The translations under genes and the position numbers were made by a program. A DNA stretch of 63,881 nucleotides, the filler included, from Blastocystis sp. subtype 4 (Eukaryota): NCBI RefSeq assembly GCF_000743755.1. It is 4 parts of 4 records of this genome, joined end to end, with 100 filler letters (N's around TTAATTAATTAA, not from the genome) between each part and the next. Parts side by side here need not be neighbours in the genome. Positions count along the whole stretch, not along the records: positions 1 to 21,079 come from NW_014569295.1; positions 21,180 to 37,759 come from NW_014569293.1; 2 more parts are not named here. The stretch is one strand, 5' to 3'. Below the pieces are notes generated by a model. The model was not told where the DNA came from, made no database searches, and saw nothing but the letters and a program-made list of their open reading frames with translations. Within the stretch, counting starts at the first letter, position 1. Each line of letters begins with the position of its first letter. Of the stretch, positions 13,611 through 25,429 are shown piece after piece.

Positions 13611-16360
13611 TCAAACAGATTCAAGCAAACTCACCTCTTCTCCCTTTTTCAATTGTTTCAAAGGTTTTTGAGACTTCTTAGAGACACGAATTCGAATCAA
13701 ATATCCAATTCCAACAAGTAACAATACAATTGCTGCAGTTGCACATACTGTTACAATAGAACCAATCTGAATTGGTTCTCGAAGATGAACCTCTTCAACC
13801 CAACCTGTTACATCTGCTTGAATTTTAATATACTTCTTCACAAGTTCATTAAAATGTGGAATAAGTAAGTTGAGATGCTTCAATATATAATCACCAATCT
13901 CATATTCAAGAGTGAAACGACACAACACATTGAATTGAATTGTTGTTGAATCTGATATATCTCGAACCAATATGAATTCAATCTCTTCTTCTGATACTTT
14001 CAAATTCTCAGTCACTAGTGAAATCATTTGAGATTCAGCATGTACCCAATTCGATTGAGTCATATTTCCTAGAACAAATGACCAATCGATATAAGCAACT
14101 CCTTGAGAAGGAATTCGTTTCAAACAGCTTGATCTATCTTCTCGCCAACTTACCTTCTCATCTCCTTCTTCACAATGCATTTGATTCATTCCCACACTCA
14201 TCAATGGACATTTTCCATATTGTGTTGTTTCTGGATAGGAAGTACTATAACTTCCTTTCTTCTTACAACTCTGATCAGTACAACTATAGAAACGAACATC
14301 ATATACTTGGAATACCCTTCCTTCTAATGAACTTTCAAATACAAATTGATATGAATGGAATGGTTGAGAGTTCTCAAAGTACATAACTTCTTCTCCATTC
14401 CTTAAGAATGTTTCACTTTTCATTGAATATAAGACTACTGTAGAATTGTCCTTATTCACTCCTTCAATTCGGAGAGATGAAGGAGTATCACTCTTCAGTA
14501 AGTGTATAAAAGCCTTATTCACTACTACTAAAGCATCATTTCCAAATGTATATCGAAGAGTTGCAGGGAGAGACTCTGGTTGCCAATAACTATGTGTATC
14601 CAGATCAAAAGCATAATCAGGACTATGTACTACTGATGATCCAGAAGGATCCAATGCTTTTCCATTCAATGATTGAAGAATACACGAACTAGATACAAGA
14701 GTCGCTCGAAGATCAAAGACAATCTCACTAGTTTCAGGAGAATGAGAAGCACGATGAATCTCAACAGCAACAATTGTTGATGATTTGAGAATCGACACAG
14801 GGAAACTAGAACGAGCATATCCATCAATACTCTCTCCTGTACGTTCTATTAGTTTCTTCTCATTCACATATACAATCACTTCACAATCATTCGATCGTTT
14901 CACATCCAAATGAATATACGTGTATTTGTTCACATCATTCACATTAAACTTCTTACGAAGATATAACACATTTGTATTTGAAGAGAATCTGCCCCATGAT
15001 CCATCCTTTCCTTTCAACCATTTCTTATCATTGAATCGAGCACTTTTCCATTTTCCACTTACAGATCCAGCATTCATCAACCATTCACTCTTTTCAGGAA
15101 CACTCAATTCAAAGTTGAAATGTCGACTTGCTTCTCGTTGATTGTCTGGAAGTCGGAATTCACTCAATACTCCCCATTCATCATTCACACTCAATTTAAC
15201 ACTACTATCCCATCCACCAGTTTCTCCTATTGTTGCCATTACAAATTGATAAGAACCAGGAGTCCAACAGATGTTATGTTTGTTTGATAGATGTTCTTGA
15301 GTCTGATCAAATAGAACTTCATTCTGACTATTCAATACTTTCCATTGTTCAAGCACTGTACGACGTCGAAAATTGATTACCATCAATGTCATTCCAGGAG
15401 GACATACATCTACAGCCAGAATGAATGAGAATGAAACAGTTCCAATAGAATTTGATGTAGTGATTGTATATGTCTCATACAGAGGCTTTGAAACCTTTCC
15501 TGACATTATGAACATTCCCTTTGTGATGTCAACATCTTTTGGTAAAGAAGGAGTCACACTAAGATTTCCATGAACTCCATCTATTGGAATTTTTATGTTC
15601 AATGATTCACCATCATATGCAGTTATAAGTGAAGGAAATGAAATGACAGGTATCTTCGTAGGAGTAATCTCAAAGGATCCTTTCTTTGTCTCTCCTTCAT
15701 AAATGATTGAACTCAAATAATACAAGTCATGTTCATCAACAAGATAGAGATAACAATTTGAATAGGTTCCACAACTGAATTCATATTCATATGACAATCT
15801 AGGAATACAAATAGGATAATCAGTATTTGAAATTTGAGAGAGAGTTTCATTGTAATATACTTTATCATCTTTTCGTATAACAAAGGTTCCTCGACTACGA
15901 TAATAGAATTTAGCATACAAATAATCTCCATAAGAACAACCCCGAACTGTTAAAGAGAACGAACTATTCGAAGAACCAGCAGAATTCGTTGCTTTGAATA
16001 TAAACTCAGTTTCTGGAATGGATGCTTTTGTTTTTCCACTTATCACTCCAGTAGTACTAAGAGTAAGTTCAGAAGGAAGAGCAGGAGAAATACTCCAGTT
16101 CACTTCATCTACATCACTCTTCAAATACAATTTGTCAATTACAGTATATCCATCCACTTCTACTTTGGTCACTACTTCCCCTTCACTATTTTCAATCCAT
16201 ACTCGTGTAGGAGGTTTCACATCTTCTATATATCATTTTTAACAAGAATAGAATACGAAGAGATGTAGAAAGAGCAAGACTAGCAATAGTAACAAATAGA
16301 ACGAATTCTATTGATGAAGAAATATGTAATGAGTGTACTAAATGACTTATCCATGTTCAT
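13611..16360 (-). CDS. Type I membrane surface protein with putative Ig (He_PIG-like) and galactose-binding-like domains
   Basis: Spliced signal peptide (FVLFVTIASLALS); WSISPALPSELTLSTTGVISG Ig-like motif twice; LYLRKKFNV..IVAVEIH and PDYAFDLDTHSYW beta-sandwich motifs; C-terminal TM plus basic tail. Confidence 0.7.
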
Positions 16361-16646
16361 CTTTGAAAACAAATACGGATATCAACATACATTCGTCATC
16401 TGAAGTTTCTCAGAAAGTTCTCTTGAATGAATACGTTATCAATACATTATTCCCGCAATTCATTTCACTTGAATCATAATAATCAAATACTATGAATCAT
16501 TACTGAACATGCAATACCTTAACATTTGAGATACTACTAATTGAGCATACTTGAGTGATATTCTTTCTCATTAAATAATAATCAAAATTCTCACAAGAAC
16601 AATTCATTAGGTTTAAACAAACAGAACAAGACTACTATCTATATCT

Positions 16647-19600
16647 TCAAATACTCACTCTCTTCTTTTGTCTTGAACTAATCTTCACCTTTCTCAATTC
16701 ACGTCTCTTCTTCTTATTGACAATATATACAGCTCCAATTGTCACTACAACGATCAATAATACACCTCCAATGATTGAAGGGACAAGCATCTTTCCTGAA
16801 ACAGTTCCAGTTCTTGAACGAGAAGTTGTGTAGAGATTTGAATAGATTGCTGAAATGATAGGATTTCCATTATTGAAATCATCATTATCAACTGCCCAAA
16901 GCATTCCTCCTAACAGATTCTCATTCTTTATGTAGTTCACCTTGTATACAATTGAATTTGGATCTTCATATGAATACCATTGATCTCCTTTCTGTACATA
17001 CATTGTAGTGGTTGTTGGATCAAATGCACTTACTCCTCCTGAATTCAGAACTGTTAAAGCCTCAATATAGTTCAATACACCTTCTTGTTGAGTATCCTTC
17101 ATAGGATCACATCCACGAATTGCAGGTGCACCTAATCCTTGACCTGGAGCACTACTTTCTAATGTCCATCCACGACCATAAGCAGCAAGTCCCATTACAA
17201 TCTTATCACGAGGCATTCCATGAGAAATCCAGTATTGAATAGCATAATCACCTGTATAGTATTCATCAATTGACCCTGGTTCATAGTTCTGAGGAGGATA
17301 GAGTCCACTAGAAGCTCCTGTCTTTGATTCCCATTGTCCATGAAGATCATAAGTCATTACAGATACATAATCAACATAATCACGAATACGAGGAATATCA
17401 TAACCAGTATCAATCTTATCATATCCAGCAGCAACAGCAAGAGTTAGAAGAAGTCTTGGTTTACCTGTTCGTTGTGCTTCTGCATCAATAGCAGCTCGTA
17501 ATTCTTGAACGAGAGAAACGAAATTCTCTTTGTCTTGAGGTCGACCTCCCAATTCTTCCCATGCTGGATATTCCCAATCCAAATCAATACCATCAAAGTT
17601 ATGAGTTCGAACCCAAGAAATCATAGCATTGATACAAGTAGCTCGATTTGATTGTGTTTCAGCCATTGCAGAGAAGATGTCTTTATACTTCTCCAAGAAA
17701 TTGAAGTTCCAGCCTCCAAAGGCTAACAATGTCTTACAATTGGGATTCCTAGATCGAACATATTGATTGAATCGATAGTAAAGACCTTGAGTAGGATTCC
17801 ATTCATTCACATCATTCCATTCTACTTGTTCTACTTGCCATGTATCTCGAGTGATATAAGCAAAAGCGTAAACCAAATGAGTGAACTTTGTAGGATCCAT
17901 ATTCTCTGGCCAGTATTGACTTGTTCCTTGTCGATATTGAGACCAATTGGTATAATAGCCCACAAATAGTTTTTGTGTAGGAGCAGTAGTAGGTTTGACA
18001 GTAGGAGCGGTAGTAGGTCTGACAGTAGGGGCAGTAGTAGGTCTGACAGTAGGAGCAGTGGTAGGTCTAACAGTAGGGGCAGTAGTAGGTCTAACAGTAG
18101 GAGCAGTAGTAGGTTTAACAGTAGGAGCAGTAGTAGGTCTAACAGTAGGAGCAGTAGTAGGTTTAACTGTAGGAGCAACTGTTGGACACTCACCACAATC
18201 ACTTGGACAATTCTCACAATTCTCACCACTCTCACAAATACCATTTCCACAATACTCACTTGGAATCTCATCACAACTCACACCTCGACAAACATCCACA
18301 TTTGCATCAACAAGATTTCCATCATAACATATTCCACCAGATAGAACAGGATAGAGAGGAGAAGTCAATCCATACACACATTGATATACATATCCACAAC
18401 AATTGTGAGGATAACAACGGAATCCAATATCATTTGCTTCACATACAGATTCAGGAGGATGACTTGAACATTCACCACAATCTTGAGGACAACTGCTACA
18501 ACTCTCATATATAGCACAGACACCATCTCCACAAGAAGCAGGAATTGTTGAACCACATTGAATTCCAGCACATCGACTATCACTTGCACTGATTTCATCT
18601 CCTTCATAACATAAGGTTCCTGGAGATACATAACTTGGTCCAAATAGACGTTCATTCAAACAGATAAAGTATTGTGGACAACAATCATATGGATAGCAAT
18701 AAGGTCCATTTGCCATTCCATTACATGAAGGAGGATTAAGAGGTTGTTCAGGATATGATTTACAATCAGAAGGACAATTTGATACAGTTTCTCCTTCTTC
18801 ACAGATACCATTTCCACAAGAAGGATTGATGGGAGTATTAGTAGGTTTGGTAGTAGGTTTGGTAGTAGGTTTGGTAGTAGGTTTGATAGTAGGAGCACTA
18901 GTTGGTTTACTAGTAGGAGCACTAGTTGGCTTCACAGTAGGAGCACTAGTTGGAGCACTAGTTGGAGCACTAGTTGTCTCATCATCATTATAAGGACTTC
19001 CATATCGTTTCAAATAAGATCGTAAATTTGATGAAGGCAAATCACTCCAATCATGAGGTTCAGGAGCAATTTGACTCATAAATGACCATTTCACCATATT
19101 CCTATTCATTATTCTCTTTAATTACAATCACTCTAATGTAGGACCATAGAAATCTTCTTTCTTTGGTAAATATGCTCGAATTACAGCAAGAAGAAGACGC
19201 CAATCATATCGGAATGAAATTCCTGTTGCTGTTGAATCCTTTGCTTTACGATGAGATAGAATCACAGGATACACCTGCTTCACTCGTGAAATCATTGTAT
19301 CCCATTGAATCTCACCATGAATACCTTCAATAGAACTATAAGGATAGGTTTCCTGTAACTTGGAAATGAACCATAATGTATCATCTAAACTAATTGAGAA
19401 ATCATACACTTCAGAAGCCTTATTCAATAGTTGACATACATTATTGATATCAGTACTATGACCTCCATATCCATCCAATTTGCAATCAGTAATTGGATTC
19501 TTATCAACACCACACTGAGACATATCCATTACACTCCAAAGTCCACGATTATAAGTATACATTGCTCCAGCAAACTCTAAAGCATCTTCAGCTTCTTCAT

Positions 19601-20737
19601 TTCCATATCGAAGATCCCAACCAGGTCTCATTCCTTGTTTCGTCATTTGCATAATAATGTTATGTCTGAAATGGAGATCTAGACATGAGAGAACGATTGC
19701 TTTATAGAAATCTCCTGTAACTGAATCATGATATGAACGGAATGCATTATAGTCAGTAAGGAACTCATTATCAGATATATAACTTGGTTTTCGTTGACTA
19801 ACAGGAACACTCGAATCTCCAAAATAGAATCGTTGAGGAAGAACAGATACATCTGTTGCCATTGAAGGAGTTTCCACTTGGAAAGGACCATCCTTATTTC
19901 CATCAATGAACAAACTATCATTTGAGAGAGTATTAAAGTGATCATCTTCATTATCTACAATGAAATAACTATTGTCTCTCTCAGGATATAATGCTGTTGC
20001 AAATGTTTCTTTTGCAGCTAATCCCATCATTGTATGAGGTGAAACACCATAGTGATCCTGACCATAAGCAAGGAACATACCAAAGTATTTATCAGGTAAT
20101 CGGATCTTCACTGTTGTTACACTTACAGTTGTTGTTCCTGAAGGTCGACCGATAAACATCTGAGTGTTTTGATCTCTCCATTGAGGATGGAAACTACATC
20201 CAATCTTGTTGAGAGGATGATGAGCACTAGCATCATCATAAGAAGGAAGTGACATGATAGCTTGAACAGAAGCAAGAATGTTATCAGGATTTAGATTAAG
20301 AGCAAAACTAAACTTCAATCAATCCTCTGAAACTACTTTCCATGATTTGTAGGTTTCAACTTGTATTGACCTGTTGCCTCATCTGTTCCTGCTGAATCCG
20401 AATCACCTCCTGATCCTCCTGATCCTCCTGATCCAGATCCAGATCCTCCTGATCCTGAGTCAGGCCCAGGTGTACCACTTCCCCAATCAGGTAACTCAGA
20501 AGGACATTCCACAGAAGAACATTCTGATGCCAACACGACTCCATTGTTCTTACAATTCGTTCCAGGAGCACTATCTTGAGGAGGATAAAGAACACCATTC
20601 ACACATTGAACAAAACGATTGCAACAATCAACTGGATAACATACAATTCCAGAAAATGATGAAGTACACTGCTCTCGATTGTCAGTAGCAGCAAAGACAA
20701 ATAATGTCATCACAAAGAATATCAAAGACAATTTCAT
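16647..20737 (-). CDS. 1343-aa membrane-anchored chitinase: signal peptide, Cys-rich CBM14-like modules, lysozyme/SLT-like domain, PT linkers, GH18 domain, TM
   Basis: Exons 20737-20337, 20307-19132 and 19101-16647 (introns 29 and 30 nt, GT-AG) total 4032 nt in frame; GH18 motifs VGYYTNWSQYR, FDGIDLDWEYP, MTYDLHG, GGMLWAVDND. Confidence 0.9.
17978..18180 (-). repeat. Coding tandem repeat, 24-nt unit (PTTAPTV[K/R]) x ~8, mucin-like linker
   Basis: AGGAGCAGTAGTAGGTCTAACAGT-type units on +; a related PTS/PTT repeat at ~18840-18972. Confidence 0.9.
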
Positions 20738-20919
20738 ATTCAATCAAATCAATAGAATATAATGAATGAGAAGAAATCGACACGATAACCAAAAGCGTGT
20801 TTCCTTCTTATATTCGTGTTATCAATAGTACCATTTCGTTTATAACACGAATATAAGAATATTGAGATAGTATGAGCATAATTGATAAAGAATCACTGAA
20901 CAAGACCTTTCACTTCATA

Positions 20920-21051
20920 TTCTTATAACAAACATTAATACATCTAGAACAATTCTCTTCACATTCTTATAACAAACATTAATACATCTAGAACAATTCT
21001 CTTCACATTCTTATAACAAACATTAATACATCTAGAACAATTCTCTTCACA
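20920..21051. repeat. Tandem repeat, 44-nt unit x 3, each holding AACAAACA (TGTTTGTT on minus)
   Basis: TTCTTATAACAAACATTAATACATCTAGAACAATTCTCTTCACA starts at 20920, 20964 and 21008. Confidence 0.95.
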
Positions 21052-21079
21052 TCTCTTCTTGCATCGGTTGTTCTTCCAT

Positions 21080-21179
21080 NNNNNNNNNNNNNNNNNNNNN
21101 NNNNNNNNNNNNNNNNNNNNNNNTTAATTAATTAANNNNNNNNNNNNNNNNNNNNNNNNNNNNNNNNNNNNNNNNNNNN
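21080..21179. other. Artificial contig linker (100 nt: N-TTAATTAATTAA-N)
   Basis: Six-frame stop oligo inside Ns; identical at three places. Confidence 0.97.
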
Positions 21180-21322
21180 ATTTCTTCTTTATCAACATTC
21201 AAATTCAACATACAATTCTTATTATCATTCAATACACTCTCTTTCAAGTACTCTTTCCACTTCATTCTCCAGTCTACTTCATTCATCTTCTTTGATATTG
21301 ATTCAACATTATCTACACTCAT
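21180..21322 (-). CDS. 5' fragment of another MORN/LRR family paralogue, cut by the gap
   Basis: MSVDNVES...LNLNVDKEE aligns with MRVLIDKEEYEL of the neighbouring paralogues. Confidence 0.5.
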
Positions 21323-21716
21323 ATTCTTATTTCAATCATTCTTTCTATGATATTATGACTTATTGGCTTATCTCTCCATTCTCTTTTGTCAGTAACTTCA
21401 CGGGAATCAATTCAATCTATCAATCTATCATTATCTAATCATTCACTATTCTTATGAGGTTCATGATGATCCATATTATTACATTTAGGTTCTGATACTC
21501 CTATCAATGTGAATGCAATAGAACTGGATATTCTTATGTGCATATGTTCTGATAAGAAAAGATGTTCTAATCTATGTAGTATAAGATCCGAATTCTTGAA
21601 AACAGATGACTACATCACCGATACTGAAATCTATGATAATCAACAAACGACTGGACATGCATCTTCTGTTACGACGATTTCATTTATGAATCTATTCTTC
21701 TTCCCACTGGTTAAGT

Positions 21717-22055
21717 ATGACTGAAGATAATTCTACATTCGCTTCTGTTGGTGGTGGAATTGGTGCTGGAGTAGCCACTGGCGCTGCTACTGGTGCAGTA
21801 GGTGCTGGAGCAGCCTTAGCTGGTTTTGGTTCTCCTGGAATAGCTGTTGGTTCTGTAGCTGCTTCTGCTATGAGTGCTGCATGGACAACTGGTATAGGAA
21901 CTAGCCTAGTATCTGCTGCTCAAAGTGCCGGAGCTCTCTTCATGAATGCAGTTGGAGGTAGTTACTTGGCAGCCACTGCTGCTGTTGCTGCTCCAGTTGT
22001 AGTAGGTGGAGCTGTAGGCTATGGGATTAAAAAGTGGATGAAGCCAAAGAAATGA
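21717..22055 (+). CDS. IFI6/IFI27 (ISG12)-like small hydrophobic protein
   Basis: AGFGSPGIAVGSVAASAMSAAW...LVSAAQSAGA matches the GFTxxGIAAGSxAAxxMS...LQSxGA family motif; intronless. Confidence 0.7.
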   Translation: MTEDNSTFASVGGGIGAGVATGAATGAVGAGAALAGFGSPGIAVGSVAASAMSAAWTTGIGTSLVSAAQSAGALFMNAVGGSYLAATAAVAAPVVVGGAVGYGIKKWMKPKK

Positions 22056-22202
22056 AGATTCTATGGACATAATTATTGTGATAAAGACTAATTGACAATT
22101 CTGTGTTGTAATACTCCATAAGTATCATGCTGCTGATAGACAGTGACTGATAAGAACAAAAACAATCACTTCATTAGTATATTCACACCATTTGTTAATA
22201 TG

Positions 22203-24761
22203 CTATATACTCTGTAGATGTTGGCTCTTCTGTCGAATAAATCGATCCAGAGAATCAGCATCTCAATCATTATCAGTTCATCAATCATACTCGAACTAGT
22301 CAATTCTTTCACATTACTGAATGAGTTTTTTCGCATCTGAATACCTTTTCGAGTGAGTGATGGAATATCTATTTCAAATACAATAGTCAATCCTCACTCT
22401 CCAATATCACTCTGTCTATCCATCTGATATTGCAACCAGCTCCTTTGAATAGAGATAGAGAAGGAAGATCTGATCAATCAATACAATATCATTCATACCC
22501 TTCATCTTAAACACTCTTGATTCAAAAGCACTGTCAGCACCAGCTATAGCACAGCATCCAAGAGTGATGGATCGAAGTCGAGTCAGATCTCTTCATCATT
22601 CATTCGATCATTCTTACTCTCAAATACTATTGAATTACAAGACCAAAATGCAGAATATCCCATTTCAAGAGTGGTGAGAGAAGGCAGATTTGTGAGTTCT
22701 AATGATTTGCTTCTTCTTCCCACACATCCTTGAATCACAATGGATTTGATACTAGTAGAAATATGTTCCATTTGATCGATATTTGATATCCAGAATACTG
22801 ATTGATGAAGGGACAATAAATGATCAGAAGGAGTTACATAACTATTCAATGTAACAGCATATTCAAGAGCATCGTCTGTTGTTCATCAATTAATCAATCC
22901 TACTTGTACAAACCAATTCTTTGGTACTACAAAATGGTCCTATCAATCGAACTCCTTCGGATGTGAGTGATGGAATATCTAACTCAAATTCAATAATCAA
23001 TCATCACTTTCCAATGTCACTTTACCTATTGCCCAAAAGGTATCGCTTGCTCCTTTGAATTTGGATAGAGAAGGAAGATCTCATTAATCAATCATTAATA
23101 TCATTCATACTCTTCATTATCAGTTCATTCGATTTGACAGTATCATAGTCTCCTCTAAGAGCAGCTAATCCAAGAGTGATAGATTCGAGGTGAGTTAGAT
23201 CTCATTCATCATTCATTCAATTATTCATACTCTCAAATACTATCGAGTGACACTCCATGAATGCATAACCATCCATTTGAATGGATATCAGAGAAGGGAG
23301 ATTCTTCAATTCTAATGATTCATACCGCCAGAATGAATGATCTCCAATATTGATTTCACTCAATTGATCACAATTCATTATCACACATTTACTTCCATAT
23401 CTATTATACGTTTCGAGATGAAAGCTTTCTTTTCCTATTATCACCGTTTTCAATTCATTCAACCCATCAAACACAAATGTAGTCATTTCTCCAAAACAAT
23501 TCTTTCCAATTTCAAGTCTTGCAATTCCTTTTAAATAACCGACATCAAATTCAGTGATATAAGTTCCATAACCATCTTTATATCGTTTGATTGCACCATA
23601 TTCACCTTCTTCCCATTTTCCTCTTCTTACAACTTCTCCATTCTCGTTCAATGCTTCTCCCATTCCATCTCTCATTCCATTCTTCCATTCTCCAATATAT
23701 ACAGGAAAACAGTCTTTGAATTCACTTCCATATCCATCTCTCTTTCCATTCTTCCATCCACCTACATACAATGCACTCTTTCCATCAATTCTATATTCAG
23801 TTCCTTCTCCTTCTCGAACAAATCCTTTCATCATATCTCCTTCAAATCCTCCTTCATAAATTCTCGTTCCATTCACATCATATTCAATCATCACTTCTCC
23901 TTTCCATTCTCTCAATACTCTCATCATTACTCCATTCTTGTATTCACATTCTCTAACCAATCTTCCTCCTTCATACTCAAAACACTTACCATTTAGTTCA
24001 TGTTTATCATATTCACTTATACTCAACAAATCCCCTTTCTTATTTATCTCTTTGAAGAATCCTTTCATTCCCTTCATTCTTGGATGAATTCCAAATCCAT
24101 TCACTACACCTCCAAACCACACTCCTTCATACAACTTCTTTCCATTATCATCAAACAGTATCATTTTTCTACCAATGAACTCTCGAATCACCCTCTTCTT
24201 TATTCCGTTCTCATATACACATTCTTTCTTCACTTTTCTTCCTTTATACTCAAAACATATTCCATTCTTCAACCAGTTATCATCATATTCACTCACACTC
24301 AACAGTTCTCCATTCACACCTATCTCTTTGAAGAATCCTTTCATTCCTCCTTCTTTCTTCAGTATCGAATATCGTTTTCCGTTTCGATAGAATCCTCTCC
24401 ATCTCTCATTTCCATTATCATCATATTCTATCCATATTCCAACTTCCTTTCCTCTTGATACTCTTCCTTTCAATACTCTTCTACCATACTTATTCACTTT
24501 TGTCACTTCTCCTTCACATTCATCATTCACAAACATCAATTTCATGAATAGTGTACCATTCTCTCTCACAAGCAAACCAATTCCTTCTTTCTTTCCTTCT
24601 TTCATTGGTACTCTCAACTCATATTCTTCTTTATCTATCAATACTCTCATTCTCGCTTCTCCATTCAAATTATCACGACTTATCATATTAACACTCTCTA
24701 TCTCATAGTCACCAAGGAATTCAAGAGATGAACTACAATTCCTAACACTGATATTGCTCAT
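22203..24761 (-). CDS. MORN-repeat plus BspA-like leucine-rich-repeat protein (paralogue A)
   Basis: YVGGWKNGKRDGYG MORN repeats, then LKNLPSLISIQM-type LRRs; eight phase-1 introns of 28-31 nt keep the frame to TAG at 22203. Confidence 0.8.
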
Positions 24762-25429
24762 ACAGCAAATAAGTGAAAGAACACTGAACTCCCAATGATT
24801 AATCTTATTGGATACTATTCCTATTTGTTCAATCGTTTAGCACATATTCTTTCCCAACACCATTCACTCCTGTCACGTTCACAGTATGTCAAACAACAAT
24901 CTTATGAAACTATCATTCTCAACTTAACTACTCTTACACTCTTCATTTCCCTAAGTCTTCAATTTTTGCAGACATATTCAACTCTCTCAATCACTTCACA
25001 TCACTTCATCATCCTCATTCACAAACTAGTAACACAAATCATTTCGACTCCTATAGTCTTGCATAACACTTCAACCAAATTCGGATACCAGACATACCAA
25101 CAACATAATAATCATCAATCCTATATTCAGGGAACTTTTCTGTTTAATTCTGGGGATCAAGGTCGTCTGTTCATGGAAAACAATTCATCTAATCTATTCT
25201 CCAGTTCATCTTACTTATATACTCACCACCACACCTCTTTCCTTCTCTCGCTGGGATCATAAACTGTTTGCGAACAATAATCTGTTGTTTTCATTCTATC
25301 AATATCTCATTATTCTCTTCATTCAATCCTATCTCCTTTATGTACAATGAATGAAATAACATGAATCATTCATTATCCATGAATGATACGATGAGATGAA
25401 TCTGATTCATTTAAACAACACACAATTCA

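Noticed and set aside
17831..18514. Overlapping poly-Leu, Ser/Arg and VGAVVGLT ORFs
   Set aside because: Alternative-frame and antisense shadows of the chitinase PT repeat
21124..21135. TTAATTAATTAA palindrome repeated three times in the window
   Set aside because: Always centred in N runs of fixed length; synthetic linker
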